The notes under the pieces were generated by a model, which was not told the origin of the DNA, made no database searches, and saw only the letters and a list, made by a program, of their open reading frames with translations. A stretch of DNA of 64,000 nucleotides from Ranitomeya imitator (Eukaryota), in assembly GCF_032444005.1 (NCBI RefSeq), contig NC_091288.1:217620001-217684000 (forward strand), in the 5' to 3' direction. The translations under genes and the position numbers were made by a program. Shown one piece after another: positions 42,588-53,700 of this stretch. Each line of letters begins with the position of its first letter. Position 1 is the stretch's first letter.

Positions 42588-43687
42588 ATTCAAGCGCTGT
42601 CCACAGGGTATGTCATGGCGTTGCACAATGGATTGATGGCCTTCCTTATTCAATATCCTTTTTACCTTGTACAAATCTCCCACTTTACCAGCACCAAAGC
42701 AACCCCAGACCATCACATTACCTCCACCATGCTTGACAGATCGCGTGAGGCACTGTTCCAGCATCTTTTCAGCTGTCCTGCATCTCACAAAGGTTCTTCT
42801 GTGTGATCCAAACACCTCAAACTTAGATTTGACTGTCCATAACACTTTTTTCCAATCTTCCTCTGTCCAATATCTGTGTTCTTTTGCCCATATTAATCTT
42901 TTCCTTTTATTAGCCAGTCTCAGATATGGCTTTTTCTTTGCCACTCTGCCGTGAAGGCCAGCATCCTGGAGTCGCCTCTTCACTGTAGACGCTGACACTG
43001 GCGTTTTGCGTGTACTATTTAATGAAGCTGCCAGTTGAGGACCTGTCGATTTCTAAAATTAGAGACTCTAATGTCCTTGTCTTGTTATTCAGTTGTGCAG
43101 CGCGGCCTCCTACTTCTCTTTCTACTCTGGTTAGAGCTTGTTTGTGCTCTCCTCTGAAGGGAGTAGTACACACCGTTGTAGTAAATCTTCAGTTTCTTGG
43201 CAATTTCCCATATGGAATAGCCTTCATTTCTAAGAACTAGAATAGACTGTCGAGTTTCACATGAAAGTTCTTTTTTCTGGCCATTTTGAGAGTTTAATGA
43301 AACTGTAATGCTCCAGATTCTCAGCTAGCTCAAAGGAAGGTCAGATTTACAGGTTCTCTAATCAGCCAAACTGTTTTCAGCTATGCTGACATACTTGCAC
43401 AAGGGTTTTCAAGGGTATTCTGACCATCCATTAGCCTTCTTGCACAGTTAGCAAACACAAAGTACCATAAGAACACTGGAGTGATGGTTGTTGGAAATGG
43501 GCCTCTATACACCTATGTAGATATTGCATTACAAGCCAGACGTTTGCAGCTAGAATAGTCATTTACCACATTAACAATGTATAGAGTGTATTTCTGAGTC
43601 ATTTACTGTTAGCTTTTGGGAAAAAAACTGATTTTCTATCAAAAATAAGGAAATTTCTAAGTGACCGTAAACTTTTGAACGGTACTG
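42588..43687 (-). mobile_element. Truncated Tc1 element
   Basis: ORF 42543-42998 (TVKRRLQDAGLHGRVAKKKP...WKKVLW...KHGGGNVMVWGCF); TIR ...aaacttttgaacggtactg|TA. Confidence 0.88.
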
Positions 43688-44504
43688 TATATTACAAAGC
43701 TGTGCTTCCAACTCTAGGTAGCATCATCAGCCTAAATTCTAAAAGCATTTCTCCTAAAGGAGGATTTGACCGGCTTTGCATTACACAGAAAGCCTCCTTC
43801 AGTGAGAACTGTGTAATTCTTAGTTGTTTTTTTCTTCAAACACCTTTAATGGCTTTCTCCATAGATTTATGGTAATCGGCTTACTCTAGCTGCATTGCCT
43901 TGACCAAGACTTTTACTCAGTCTAGGTAATCCTTTGACACAAGACTGTGGCATACCAGGAGTAATCTCACAGCAGTCCAGCTTACTTTCAGCTCATGGTA
44001 TTGGAAATCTTGGAGACAATGCAGACTCATTCTAGAAGCGGGGATCGCATGCAGAAATATTGTTAGGAACATTCACCAATATTGCAAGCATTGGTTTCAC
44101 CACCTCTGTTTGCGCCATAACTGCTTTTCTATGATTTAGGAAAAGCCCCATGCTTACACCTCATCTCGGTTATACTTCATCCAGACCTCAGCTGATACAA
44201 TAACCTGTCCGATGTGCGTTACCTTTGCAGGTGGTGATGTAGTTAAATTCTAGAAGATTTTTTACAATCTGCTCCCACCAGGATCCTTCATTCACTTGTG
44301 GCCCACTCTCCTTATTCACACATCCATGTTACCAGCACCCCCCTATATGGGGCCACTAATAAACCTACATCACTTCCCATTTTCTTTCCTCCTTAACTAC
44401 CACACTATCGCAAGTAACATCACACCCACTGCTAATATAGCAGACAGCATGTAAAATCACACAGCTCACTTTGTGAACACAAGCTGCGACTCTCCTCAAT
44501 AGAT

Positions 44505-44998
44505 ATGATAATCAACGTCCAAATGATAAAGCTGGCACTTCTAAATACACTATAAAGAACCACGGACACCCAGATAGGTAGGCAAAACCAAGAGATCCAG
44601 AATAAAGTGAATTAAAGCTTTTATTGGAAAAATTGTCAAGCACCCTAACATAAGGTGGAAGGCTGAGTGCAGTACATCATTCTTCGCCCTCGGAAGAAGC
44701 TTGTTGCGAAACGCGCGTTGGGGTGAGGTGGAATGCTGTGCTGATTGCAGGTAGATATCATTATAAAGTCTGGATTATGTACACTGGTATTTTATGCATT
44801 ACGGGCATGCTTAGGCAGCTAGAGGTGTACCGGACAATATGGGACTATGGAGCTTCTACCGTGCATTTGATATTATTGAATGATGTACTTCCACCTTATG
44901 TTAGGGTGCTTGGGCATTTTACAATTTTTCCAATAAAAGCTTTAATTCACTTTATTCGGGATCTCTTCATTTTGGCTACCTATCTGGGTGACCGTGGT
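44505..44998 (+). mobile_element. 494-bp PLE-derived insertion: inverted ~105-bp arms around a hammerhead-like motif, 14-bp TSD
   Basis: TSD TCTCCTCAATAGAT at 44491-44504 and 44999-45012. Arm 44558-44661 is the reverse complement of 44889-45000 (the latter contains AATAAA). Confidence 0.8.
44682..44728 (+). ncRNA. Minimal type-I hammerhead ribozyme-like motif (PLE type, core variant)
   Basis: cttcgccct CGGAAGA a gc ttgtt gc GAAAC gcgc GTT ggggtgagg: stem I (9 bp with G-U pairs), 2-bp stem II, palindromic stem III; position 4 is G instead of U. Confidence 0.6.
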
Positions 44999-45428
44999 TC
45001 TCCTCAATAGATGTAGAATGTCCAATTGCAGGTTTTTTTTCGTGTTGATTTAATGGACTCAAAACTCAATAGCAAAAACAAACACGCTGAGCTGAACTAA
45101 TCTTTGTCACCATTCATTCCTTCGTATATCCCTAGAAGCCTCCTGTAGCTGATAAAAGCTTATGCAATACTGCAAGCTCATGGCCTGACACCGATAGAGG
45201 AGGGGAGAGGGGGTGACGTTCTCGGGAATGGTGTGGAGTGAGCAATGGACTGGTGAGTAATATCATAATAGGCTGGAGAAACCGACTGGACGGGAAACGT
45301 AAAGGAATTATCCATAGGATACTGAGGTAAAGACATAAACTGGAGGAACAGACAAATTGAAGGTGTTTTAGACACAGGCTTATTCTCTTCTGAACACTTA
45401 TTTTTCCAAATGGCTCATATCAGACAAG

Positions 45429-45776
45429 ATGAACTCAGAATGGCGTCGGAAAGATTGGGTTAAAGTCCGTGGTGTCCCAATAGTTTACGCTTTTTCTCAA
45501 AACTGGGAGAGGATTGATAATTTCCAAGCGAGAAAAGATGACATTGTCGTTGCCACGTACCCCAAATCAGGTCAGTTGTGGTCTGCAGAGAGTTAAGTTA
45601 GCAAATGCACATTTATTTTTATTAATTACAGTGATTGTATCTTTAAGGTACAACATGGATGAGTGAGATTGTGGATGTTATCTTGAATGACGGGGACACG
45701 GAGAAGAGTCGGAGAGATGCCATATTCAATAAGGTTCCAATGTTGGAGTTTTGGGTGCCTGATACAGTGCCCCCAG
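45429..45776 (+). CDS. sult1b1: SULT1B1-like sulfotransferase, paralogue D, coding exons 1-2 only: join(45429..45570,45648..45776); remainder not found in the window
   Basis: [90 protein letters not shown]. Exon 2 is 129 nt, one codon longer than in A-C, as in mammalian SULT1B1. The KVPMLE and DDIVxATYPKSG motifs match SULT1B1 as I recall it. Orthology needs a tree. Confidence 0.8.
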
Positions 45777-45845
45777 GTATCTAAGAACAATCCCTTCTTT
45801 CTTGTAAATCACATTCTGAAAGTTAAAGTGTAAATGATGTAACTA

Positions 45846-46030
45846 CAGTTAGGTCCAGAAATTTTTGGCCAGTGAGGAATGTTCATGATTTCAGCTCTGC
45901 AGGCCATTTTTTTTTTTCTTTAAAATGAAACAACTGAGATGCAATTTAAGTGGAGACTTTCAGGCTCATTTGAACAAAACTATCCAGTGAAGCGTTTAGG
46001 AATTGCAAACATTTTTCTACAAAATGGTGT
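45846..46030. mobile_element. Tc1 left-end fragment
   Basis: TA|cagttaggtccagaaatttttgg TIR-like start. Confidence 0.55.
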
Positions 46031-46282
46031 TCAGGGTTTGCATTCAGTTAGGCCTTTAGGGATACAGCCATACGCTAAATAGCGTTCAAGAGTGGCAACG
46101 TCACAAAGGTCGCGCGTTTCCTTCAGCAATGATTGTTCTAGTGTTTTCAATGATTCTTTCGTCATGCTGACGTTTTCGGTATTAGTACGGGTGGGAGCTA
46201 GTTTGTGAGTCAAATTGAAGAATTTATGAATGTAACGTATGCGGTCTTTCCTGTCTGACCACAAATCCCCCGTAGTTGTCAA
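46031..46282 (-). mobile_element. Probable N-terminal fragment of a PLE ORF
   Basis: ...ETRDLCDVATLERYLAYGCIPKGL resembles the WD..TL..Y....IPRGL motif I recall from vertebrate PLE ORF N-termini. Confidence 0.45.
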
Positions 46283-47229
46283 GCTTATAACGCTAAGGTG
46301 GTTGTTAGGTTGTACAAGCTTTTTTCAAATAGTGGCTCCGGTATAGATGGGAAGGACCAGCTGCAAAATAGGAACACCGGCCAATGTAGGCAATACAGCA
46401 CACAATGGTGCAGAGTTCCACTAAAATACAGAGTTAAAAGTATATTTCTTTCTTGCTTCCATAAGGAGGTCCCTAGTGTATCCTTTATTTTTAAAAAAAT
46501 TTGGTTTTAGCATGTCTTGTACTAGAAAACGGGTGGTGAAATTGCAAAAAAAAGTGCAATCCCACACTTGTTTTTGTTTGACTTTTTTTGCTAGGTTCCC
46601 TAAATGCTAAAACTGACCTGCCATTGTGATTCTCCAGGTTATTACGAGTTCATAGACACCAAACGTGTCTACGTTATTTTTTATCTAAGTGGTGAAAAAT
46701 AATTGTAAACTTTGCTGAAAAAAAAAAATAATTGGGCAATTTTCCGATACCTAAGAACAAGTACCACTGATACATAACTTAGAAAAATACCGGGATAAAA
46801 TCCCATATTACTTTGGACAATATATTAGTCACCAGGACACTCCAGAAACGCTAATTCTACAGAGAACGAGGAGTAACAAGTCCCATACACAAATATAGAA
46901 AAATATATAGCAATTTTATTAAACAGATATAATACATACAGACTAACATTACAAGGTCCAGAAAGTGGTGCATATACAGAAGACACAACCACTGTAGTAA
47001 CACGGGGTATACTAAACGGATATCCAAAAGTAAACAGTAAAAGTACTCTAGCATATATCAATAAGGTACTATATGTCATACATGGTATCAGGGTATATAG
47101 TAACCTCTACCCATTCTGATTACCAATCTCCACATGCTGCCTATCACATATAGGGTTAAATTTAACCCTATATGTGATATATATATATATATATATAAGA
47201 TATATATATATAAGAGATATATGTATATA

Positions 47230-47488
47230 TCTCTTCCTACAAGCCTACAGCCTGCAGTGATCCTCAACCTACTGAACAGCCGCACAGCCAGCTTTTCCCT
47301 CTCCTAGTGTATCCTCACCCACCCCCTGCAGACTGTGAGCCCTCGGGGGCAGGGTCCTCCCTCCTTATGTACTCGTGTGCCTTGTTATCTGCTCATGTTT
47401 AATGTATTTGTCTATATTTGCCCCGTATTCACATGTAAAGCGCCATGGAATAAATGGCGCTATAAAAAATGTATAATAATAATAATAA
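47230..47488 (+). mobile_element. L2 3' end inserted in the left arm of the PLE cassette
   Basis: ...caagcctacagcctgcagtga + 3'UTR + GCGCCATGGAATAAATGGCGC + (TAA)n; absent from the matching right arm. Confidence 0.9.
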
Positions 47489-47556
47489 AATGCTAGCATA
47501 GATGGAATGTGCGCCGTTAGTCTTACCCGTATACATGTGCCAGTGGGTGTCGCCAG

Positions 47557-47599
47557 CAGCCCCAACGCGCGTTTCGCGTTGGGCTTCCTCGGGGGGCTG
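47557..47599 (-). ncRNA. Minimal hammerhead ribozyme-like motif (U4C variant), left arm
   Basis: Minus strand: cagcccc CCGAGGA a gc ccaac gc GAAAC gcgc GTT ggggctg, with a perfect 7-bp stem I. Confidence 0.65.
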
Positions 47600-48854
47600 T
47601 GATGGTATGTGTATTCAGAGCGGTTATTTAAGTAAGAGGGACACCTGTCTGCAATAAGCGGCGCAATTAGCGGCGCGTGCGCGGTGATATGCAGGCTTGC
47701 GTATAACACATCACATCCTGCTCTTCCTGTGACGTGACGGGCAGAGGGAAATCCCTCCTGACGTCACTACGCCCCGGAGCCTGTTATACCGCGCATGCGC
47801 ACGCGCCGTGGCCGCCATGTTGAAAACAGGAAGGATAACCAAAGGCAAGTATGGTAGGTGAATCTAAAGTGATACGTGCTAAGAATGCGCCTACAAATAA
47901 GTGCGCTTGCGCAAGGGCAGCCAATGATAAAGAGATGTAACTAAAGTGATAATGTGCAAAGTGATAATGCCCACTATAAGGGGCGAACTTACATATCAAT
48001 TACTAGCAAAAAGACTGCATAATTCCAGCAGGTAAACGTTAAGGCATATATAATAATAAAGAAAATAACAAAAAAATACAAAAAATCATCCCATACGGAT
48101 GAGAAAAATATAAAAATATATAGGAGTCTCTTATATATTTTTATATTTTTCTCATCCGTATGGGATCCGCAAAAAGACTGCATAATTCCAGCAGGTAAAC
48201 GTTAAGGCATATATAATAATAAATAAAGAAGATAACAAAAAAATACAAAAAATCATCCCATACGGATGAGCAAAATATAAAAATATATAAGAGTCTCTTA
48301 TTTGTAGGCGCATTCTTAGCACGTATCACTTTAGATTCACCTACCATACTTGCCTTTGGTTATCCTTCCTGTTTTCAACATGGCGGCCGCGGCGCGTGCG
48401 CATGCTCGGTATAACAGGCTCCGGCGCGTATCTTTTCCTGGTTACAGATAGGACGCGGTGGGTATGTTATATACAATATTATTCTTACCACATCAGCAGA
48501 TTACTAGTCGCCATTATACCAGTATATGTATCGATAATTATTAATGTATGCACTATCGCCCTAGTGTTTAATATCATGGCGTCTTTGCCCCTTTCCAAAA
48601 TGGTGGCCGCAGCGAGTGCGCGTGCGCGGTGTGGCAGGATCCAGGACACATCTCTCCCTGCCTCCAGGATGTGACGCGGCGGGCTAGTGATGTCAGGAGG
48701 GATTTCCCTCTGCCCGTCACGTCACAGGAAGAGCAGGATGTGATGTGTTATACGCAAGCCTGCATATCACCGCGCATGCGCCGCTAATTGCGTCGCTTAT
48801 TGCAGACAGGTGTCCCTCTTACTTAAATAACCGCTCTGAATACACATACCATCA

Positions 48855-48897
48855 CAGCCCCCCGAGGAAGCCCAACGCAAAACGCGCGTCGGGGCTG
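48855..48897 (+). ncRNA. Minimal hammerhead ribozyme-like motif, right arm (U4C, G12A; GUC triplet)
   Basis: cagcccc CCGAGGA a gc ccaac gc AAAAC gcgc GTC ggggctg. Confidence 0.55.
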
Positions 48898-49844
48898 CTG
48901 GCGACACCCACTGGCACATGTATACGGGTAAGACTAACGGCGCACATTCCATCTATGCTAGCATTTAACCCTATATGTGATAGGCAGCATGTGGAGATTG
49001 GTAATCAGAATGGGTAGAGGTTACTATATACCCTGATACCATGTATGACATATAGTACCTTATTGATATATGCTAGCGAACTTTTTACTGTTGACTTTTG
49101 GATATCCGTTTAGTATACCCCCTGTGTTACTACAGTGGTTGTGTCTTCTGTATATGCACCACTTTCTGGACCTTGTAATGTTAGTCTGTATAAATTTTCC
49201 GATACCTGTAGCGTTTCCATTTTTCAGGATCTGGGGTCGGGTGAGGGCTTATTTTTTGGGGGCCGAGGTGACGTTTTTAATTATCCTATTTTGGTGCAGA
49301 TACGTTCTTTTGATTGGCTGTTATTGCATTTTTCGTAAATCAAATTTATTGAATTGCATATAAGTAACACAGTTGGCTGTTATTGCATTTTAATGTAATG
49401 CTGCAGTGACCAAAAAAAACCTAATTCTGGTGTTTAGAAGTAATTCTCAGATCGCTCCTATGTAGCTGAATTCCTGCATTGCTATGAGTGCCGACCACAG
49501 GGTGGCGCTCACAGCAATCCAGCATCAACAACCATAGAGGTCTCAAGGAAACCTCTGTTTGTCATGCTGACACATCGCTGACCCACGATCACGTGACGGG
49601 AGTCAGCGATGCACGCATGTCCGGCCCGATGGCCGTAAGCGCTAGGTAAATGCTGTCAGCGTTTGAAAGCGGCATTTAACTAGTTAATAGCGGCGGGTGG
49701 ATCGTGATTCCACCCGCTGCTATTGCGGGCACATGTCAGCTGTACAAAACAGCAGACATGTTGCGGCTTTGATGTGGGCTCAGCGCCGGAGCCCACATCA
49801 AAGGGGGAGACATGACACGGCGCATGTCGTGAAGGGGTTAAAGG

Positions 49845-50720
49845 TACACCTGTGTATAGAACCTTCCTCAATGAAGATATTCAGGTCTAAGAAATTGACT
49901 GTCTACTTGTTGTGGAGATAAATTTGAAATAAAATTCATTTTTATTAATATCGTTTAAAAATGCAGAAAGTGATTCATGCTTCCTCGACTAAATAAATAA
50001 AATATCATCTATGAAGCGTTGTCAGGAGATCAGGTTTGCACGCAGCCCCCCACTGGGCCGCAGCCCTCCCATAACACCATGTAGAGGTTAACATAGCTGG
50101 GCGTGAACTTGGTCCCCATGGCGGTGCCCCACTGCCGGATGTAGTAGTCTGCCTCATATTTGAAAAAGTTGTGAGTTAAGATAAAAAATACAATCTCTAA
50201 TAAAAATAAATTTGCTCACTGGGCAGTTGTTCAAATTTATTTAAAAATATAATGCTGCTTCACAGCCTTTGTCACGTTGGGTCACAGTGTAAAGTGACAT
50301 GATATCCAAGGTGCCTAAAATGTAGTTGTCTTGCCACTGTATATGATCCAATAATTGCAGATTGTGGGTGCTGTTTTTGAGGTAAGCTGGGAGTATTGTT
50401 ACTATATTTTGTAGGTGTCAATCTACTTAATGTGACAAATTAGAAGACACTGAAACCCTGAAATTATTGGACATCCTTGTGAGTTTGTAAGACTTTAGTG
50501 GATTTTCGGTATGTAGTAAATAATTGCAGTTCTAGGATGTATAGTGTTAATAAGTTCACATTCAGATTTGTTTAAAAAAACAGCATTTAGCCCTCTAGTA
50601 ATTATCTCCATTATCTCACTGACAAAGGTCAATGTCGGGTCATTATCTACTTGCATATGTTTGTTGATCAATTAGAAGGCGTATGGATTCTTTATGGTAT
50701 TGTACTTGGTCTAGAAGCAC
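49845..50720 (-). pseudogene. Degenerate PLE reverse-transcriptase fragment (second family)
   Basis: Minus-strand motifs, with frameshifts: NDPT, YYIPKIH..GCPIISG, LGTLDIMSLYT, VGTAMGTKFTPSYVNLYM, IDDI, VNFLDLNIFI. Confidence 0.75.
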
Positions 50721-50721
50721 T

Positions 50722-53700
50722 TCAAAGGTTCTCCTGCAGTAAATACAGATCAGAGACCTAGATCAGGGTCAGCTAGGTCAGGGTTAGCTTTTACTTAGCC
50801 CCATTCAGTCAGGTGGTCATCCCTTTAAGGCACGCAGTCTGGTTTTGTGGGTACATGGACCCATGCGTTTCAACACAAACGTGTGTCTTCCTCAGGGTAT
50901 ATGGTATAGAACGTTGCATATCATCCTTATACATTTAATGACTAGTAATTAATATTCAAAAGATTCATACCAGCTGTGTGGCAGTCAGGTCAGGTCTGGA
51001 CCATGTATTAGCTTGTATAGCGTCCTGTGTATGTCAGTGCGCATGCGCGGGGTTTTGTTTTCCCTGGAAAAAATCATTGAGCACTCTGGCATCACTCTAA
51101 TCCATCCTACACTCTGCTGCTCGACTAATGAACCTGCTATTCCCCAGCCTCTCCCCTATGCCAAGCCCTTCACTGGCTTCCTATCGCCCAGAGACTCCAG
51201 TTCAAATCCCTTACAATGACATACAAAGCCATCCACAACCTGTCTCCTCCATACATCTGTGACCTCGTCTCCCGGTACTTACCTACACGCAACCTCCGAT
51301 CCTCACAAGATCTCCTTCTCTAATCCCCTCTTATCTCCTCTTCCCACAACCAAGACTTCTCCTGTGCTTCCCCCATTCTCTGGAACTCTCTACCACAACA
51401 CAACAGACTCCTGCCTACCATAGAAACCTTCATAAAGAAGCTGAATACTCACCTCTTCCGACAAGCCTACAACCTACAGTGATCCCCAACCTAATGAACC
51501 GCCGCACGACCAACTCTCCCCTCTCCAAGTCTATCCAAGCCCATCCCCTGCAGCTGTGAGCCCTCGCGGGCAGGGTCCTCCCTCCTTATGTACCTGTGTG
51601 CCTTGTTTTTTGCTCATTTAATGTATTTGTCTATAGCTGCTCCCTTTTTCACATGTAAAGCGCCATGGAATAAATGGCACTATAAAAATGTATAATAATA
51701 ATAAAAAAAATTCACATTGTCACTAAACAATAGTTACTATGCACATGCGCTGGCCAAGTGTTAGTCGGAAGTCAATGTTCCGACTCACTATACTCAATCT
51801 GTGGTTTATGCGCATGCGCTGATCGCTGTTCCAAATATGTCTAGGAAAGAATGTTCCAATTGCGCTATAGATTTATCAAATATAACAGCCTGATCTGTCA
51901 AATGTATATCATATATAAGACACTAGATAATATAAAAGAAAATATCTCCATCTTAATAAAAAAGTATTTGTGGAGACGTAATTGTTGTTTTACAGACTTT
52001 TTAGCAAAGATTAGTCAAAGATAGGCAGCTTTTACCCTGGTGTTTCAAAATGTATAGAATGGATTGGTGAACCCCCACACAGTTAAATATGTATAACACT
52101 AGTCAACATATATTGAGTTTTGGTGCGCACCCAATCACACCTCAGTGGCCATGATTTGTGTATAGCTATGAATAGACCTCAACTCATAAGGTCAGTCATT
52201 AAGTAAACCGCACTTATAAAGTGCATAAGTGTTAAAAAACAACTAAACAATAATCAGAAATTAACAATAAAAAAAATATAAAAAATAAAAGATGTGCACT
52301 TTGTGCAATTAGTCCATATACAAATGAGCGGATACTAATTTGTATCAAGCAATTCTTTCATAGTCCTAAAATTGGTGTCCTCTGGATGCACAAAAAGATG
52401 CCAGGTGAATTTTAATTTCTTGCTCCTTCTTCTCCAGATTGAAAAAAACCCTGTGATTCTCAGATTAGAGACCTGTACTGAAAAATTAAAAAGTGTAAGA
52501 TATCTGTAGAGTTTAGCACCTCAGTAACTCTTCTTTTGTACATAGAAAAACAAAGAGACAAAGCTCAACCAGGCTAGATCTTTTTATAAAACCCTGTGTA
52601 GAGTAATTCCTCATTAAGACCCCTTGGAGCAAGGCTCTGTAGATCAAAGATCCACCTTGCCTCACGCCTAAGTAGATCATCTGTGATTCTGCCCCCCCTG
52701 ATGTTACTATAAATCCCTTCTAACACGAATAGAACCTGAAAGTCCATTATGGCATTCTAGAAAATGTGATGCCACTGAAGTTAATACTTTAGCTTTTATT
52801 CTGTCTGTTCTGGCTGTAGCTATATTTGATATGTGTTGCTGTATGGTTCGGTGTAATTCTTGAGTAGTTTGTCCCACGTATATCTTATTACACCCACAGA
52901 TCATCGCGTAGACCAAATTGCGAGGGCGGCAATTAAAGTACACAACTGATTTGACCTGTGTGGATAAATGAGGTACTGAGATGCCAACATTAGCTATCAT
53001 AAGGGGACAAACTAAACAATTGCCGCATGGGAAAGAGCCTGAATTTGGGTTCCCCACCCTCAATTTGTTCCTCGATCTTCTAAAATGACTGTTGGAGAGA
53101 TGATCTTTCAAATTCTTTGCCCTCCTGGCCACTATCTTGGATCTCTCCTCTATAAATGGTCTGAGTCTGGACTCGCTCAAAAGAATCCCCCAGTCCCTCT
53201 CCAAAATACGATATACTTCCCCCCATTGGTTGTTATATTGGGTAATCAGTCTCAATGTGTTAGAGGGTTCTCTCACCCGAGGTTTCAGCAAGTCCAGTTT
53301 CATACAATCTTCCGTGGGTAGCCTCTCTCTCTAAACCTATTTGTAAGTGCTTGAGATTCTGTCCGGAAATCCTCTCTACGGCTAGTTTCTCCTAAGACGC
53401 AAAAATTGGCCCATGGGAATTCCGTGGCGCTGATGGGCTGGGTGGAAGCATAAATAATGCAACAAGTTATTGGTGTCCGTCTCCTTCCAATGTAAAGTGG
53501 TGGTAATCCTATTTTCCCATACAATTTTAAGGTCCAAGAAGTTCTAAGGATCTGGTAGAAAAATGAGTAGTTAGTACAATATTCCAACTGTTATTGTTCG
53601 ACTACCCAATAAAGGTGTTCAGTTGTTCCATATTGCCTGTCCAAAGGATAATGATGTCATCGATAAATCGATACCATCTTATGACATAAGATTGAAATGT

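Larger units (their letters stand above)
46753..49192. mobile_element. 2.44-kb PLE-derived nested inverted-repeat cassette with a 15-bp TSD
   Basis: TSD AATTTTCCGATACCT at 46738-46752 and 49193-49207. Inverted arm pairs: 46937-47160 with 48966-49191; 47487-47770 with 48680-48966; 47770-47900 with 48296-48425. Confidence 0.85.
46500..49840. mobile_element. TTAA-terminated non-autonomous DNA transposon (host of the PLE cassette); left boundary approximate
   Basis: Ends gtcgtgaagggg|ttaa; interrupted between the 15-bp duplications at 46738 and 49193. Confidence 0.6.

Noticed and set aside
45410-45463. Out-of-frame upstream ORF overlapping the gene D start
   Set aside because: Its ATG lies 5' of the likely acceptor (cag, 45421-45423), so it is probably intronic, as expected from the acceptor-then-ATG layout of A-C.
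42207-49840. Two related TTAA-type ends facing outward around SULT D exons 1-2, suggesting a composite transposon that captured exons
   Set aside because: The two ends are clearly diverged, and the right one belongs to a separate element starting near 46500 (host of the TSD-bounded PLE cassette); independent insertions are simpler.
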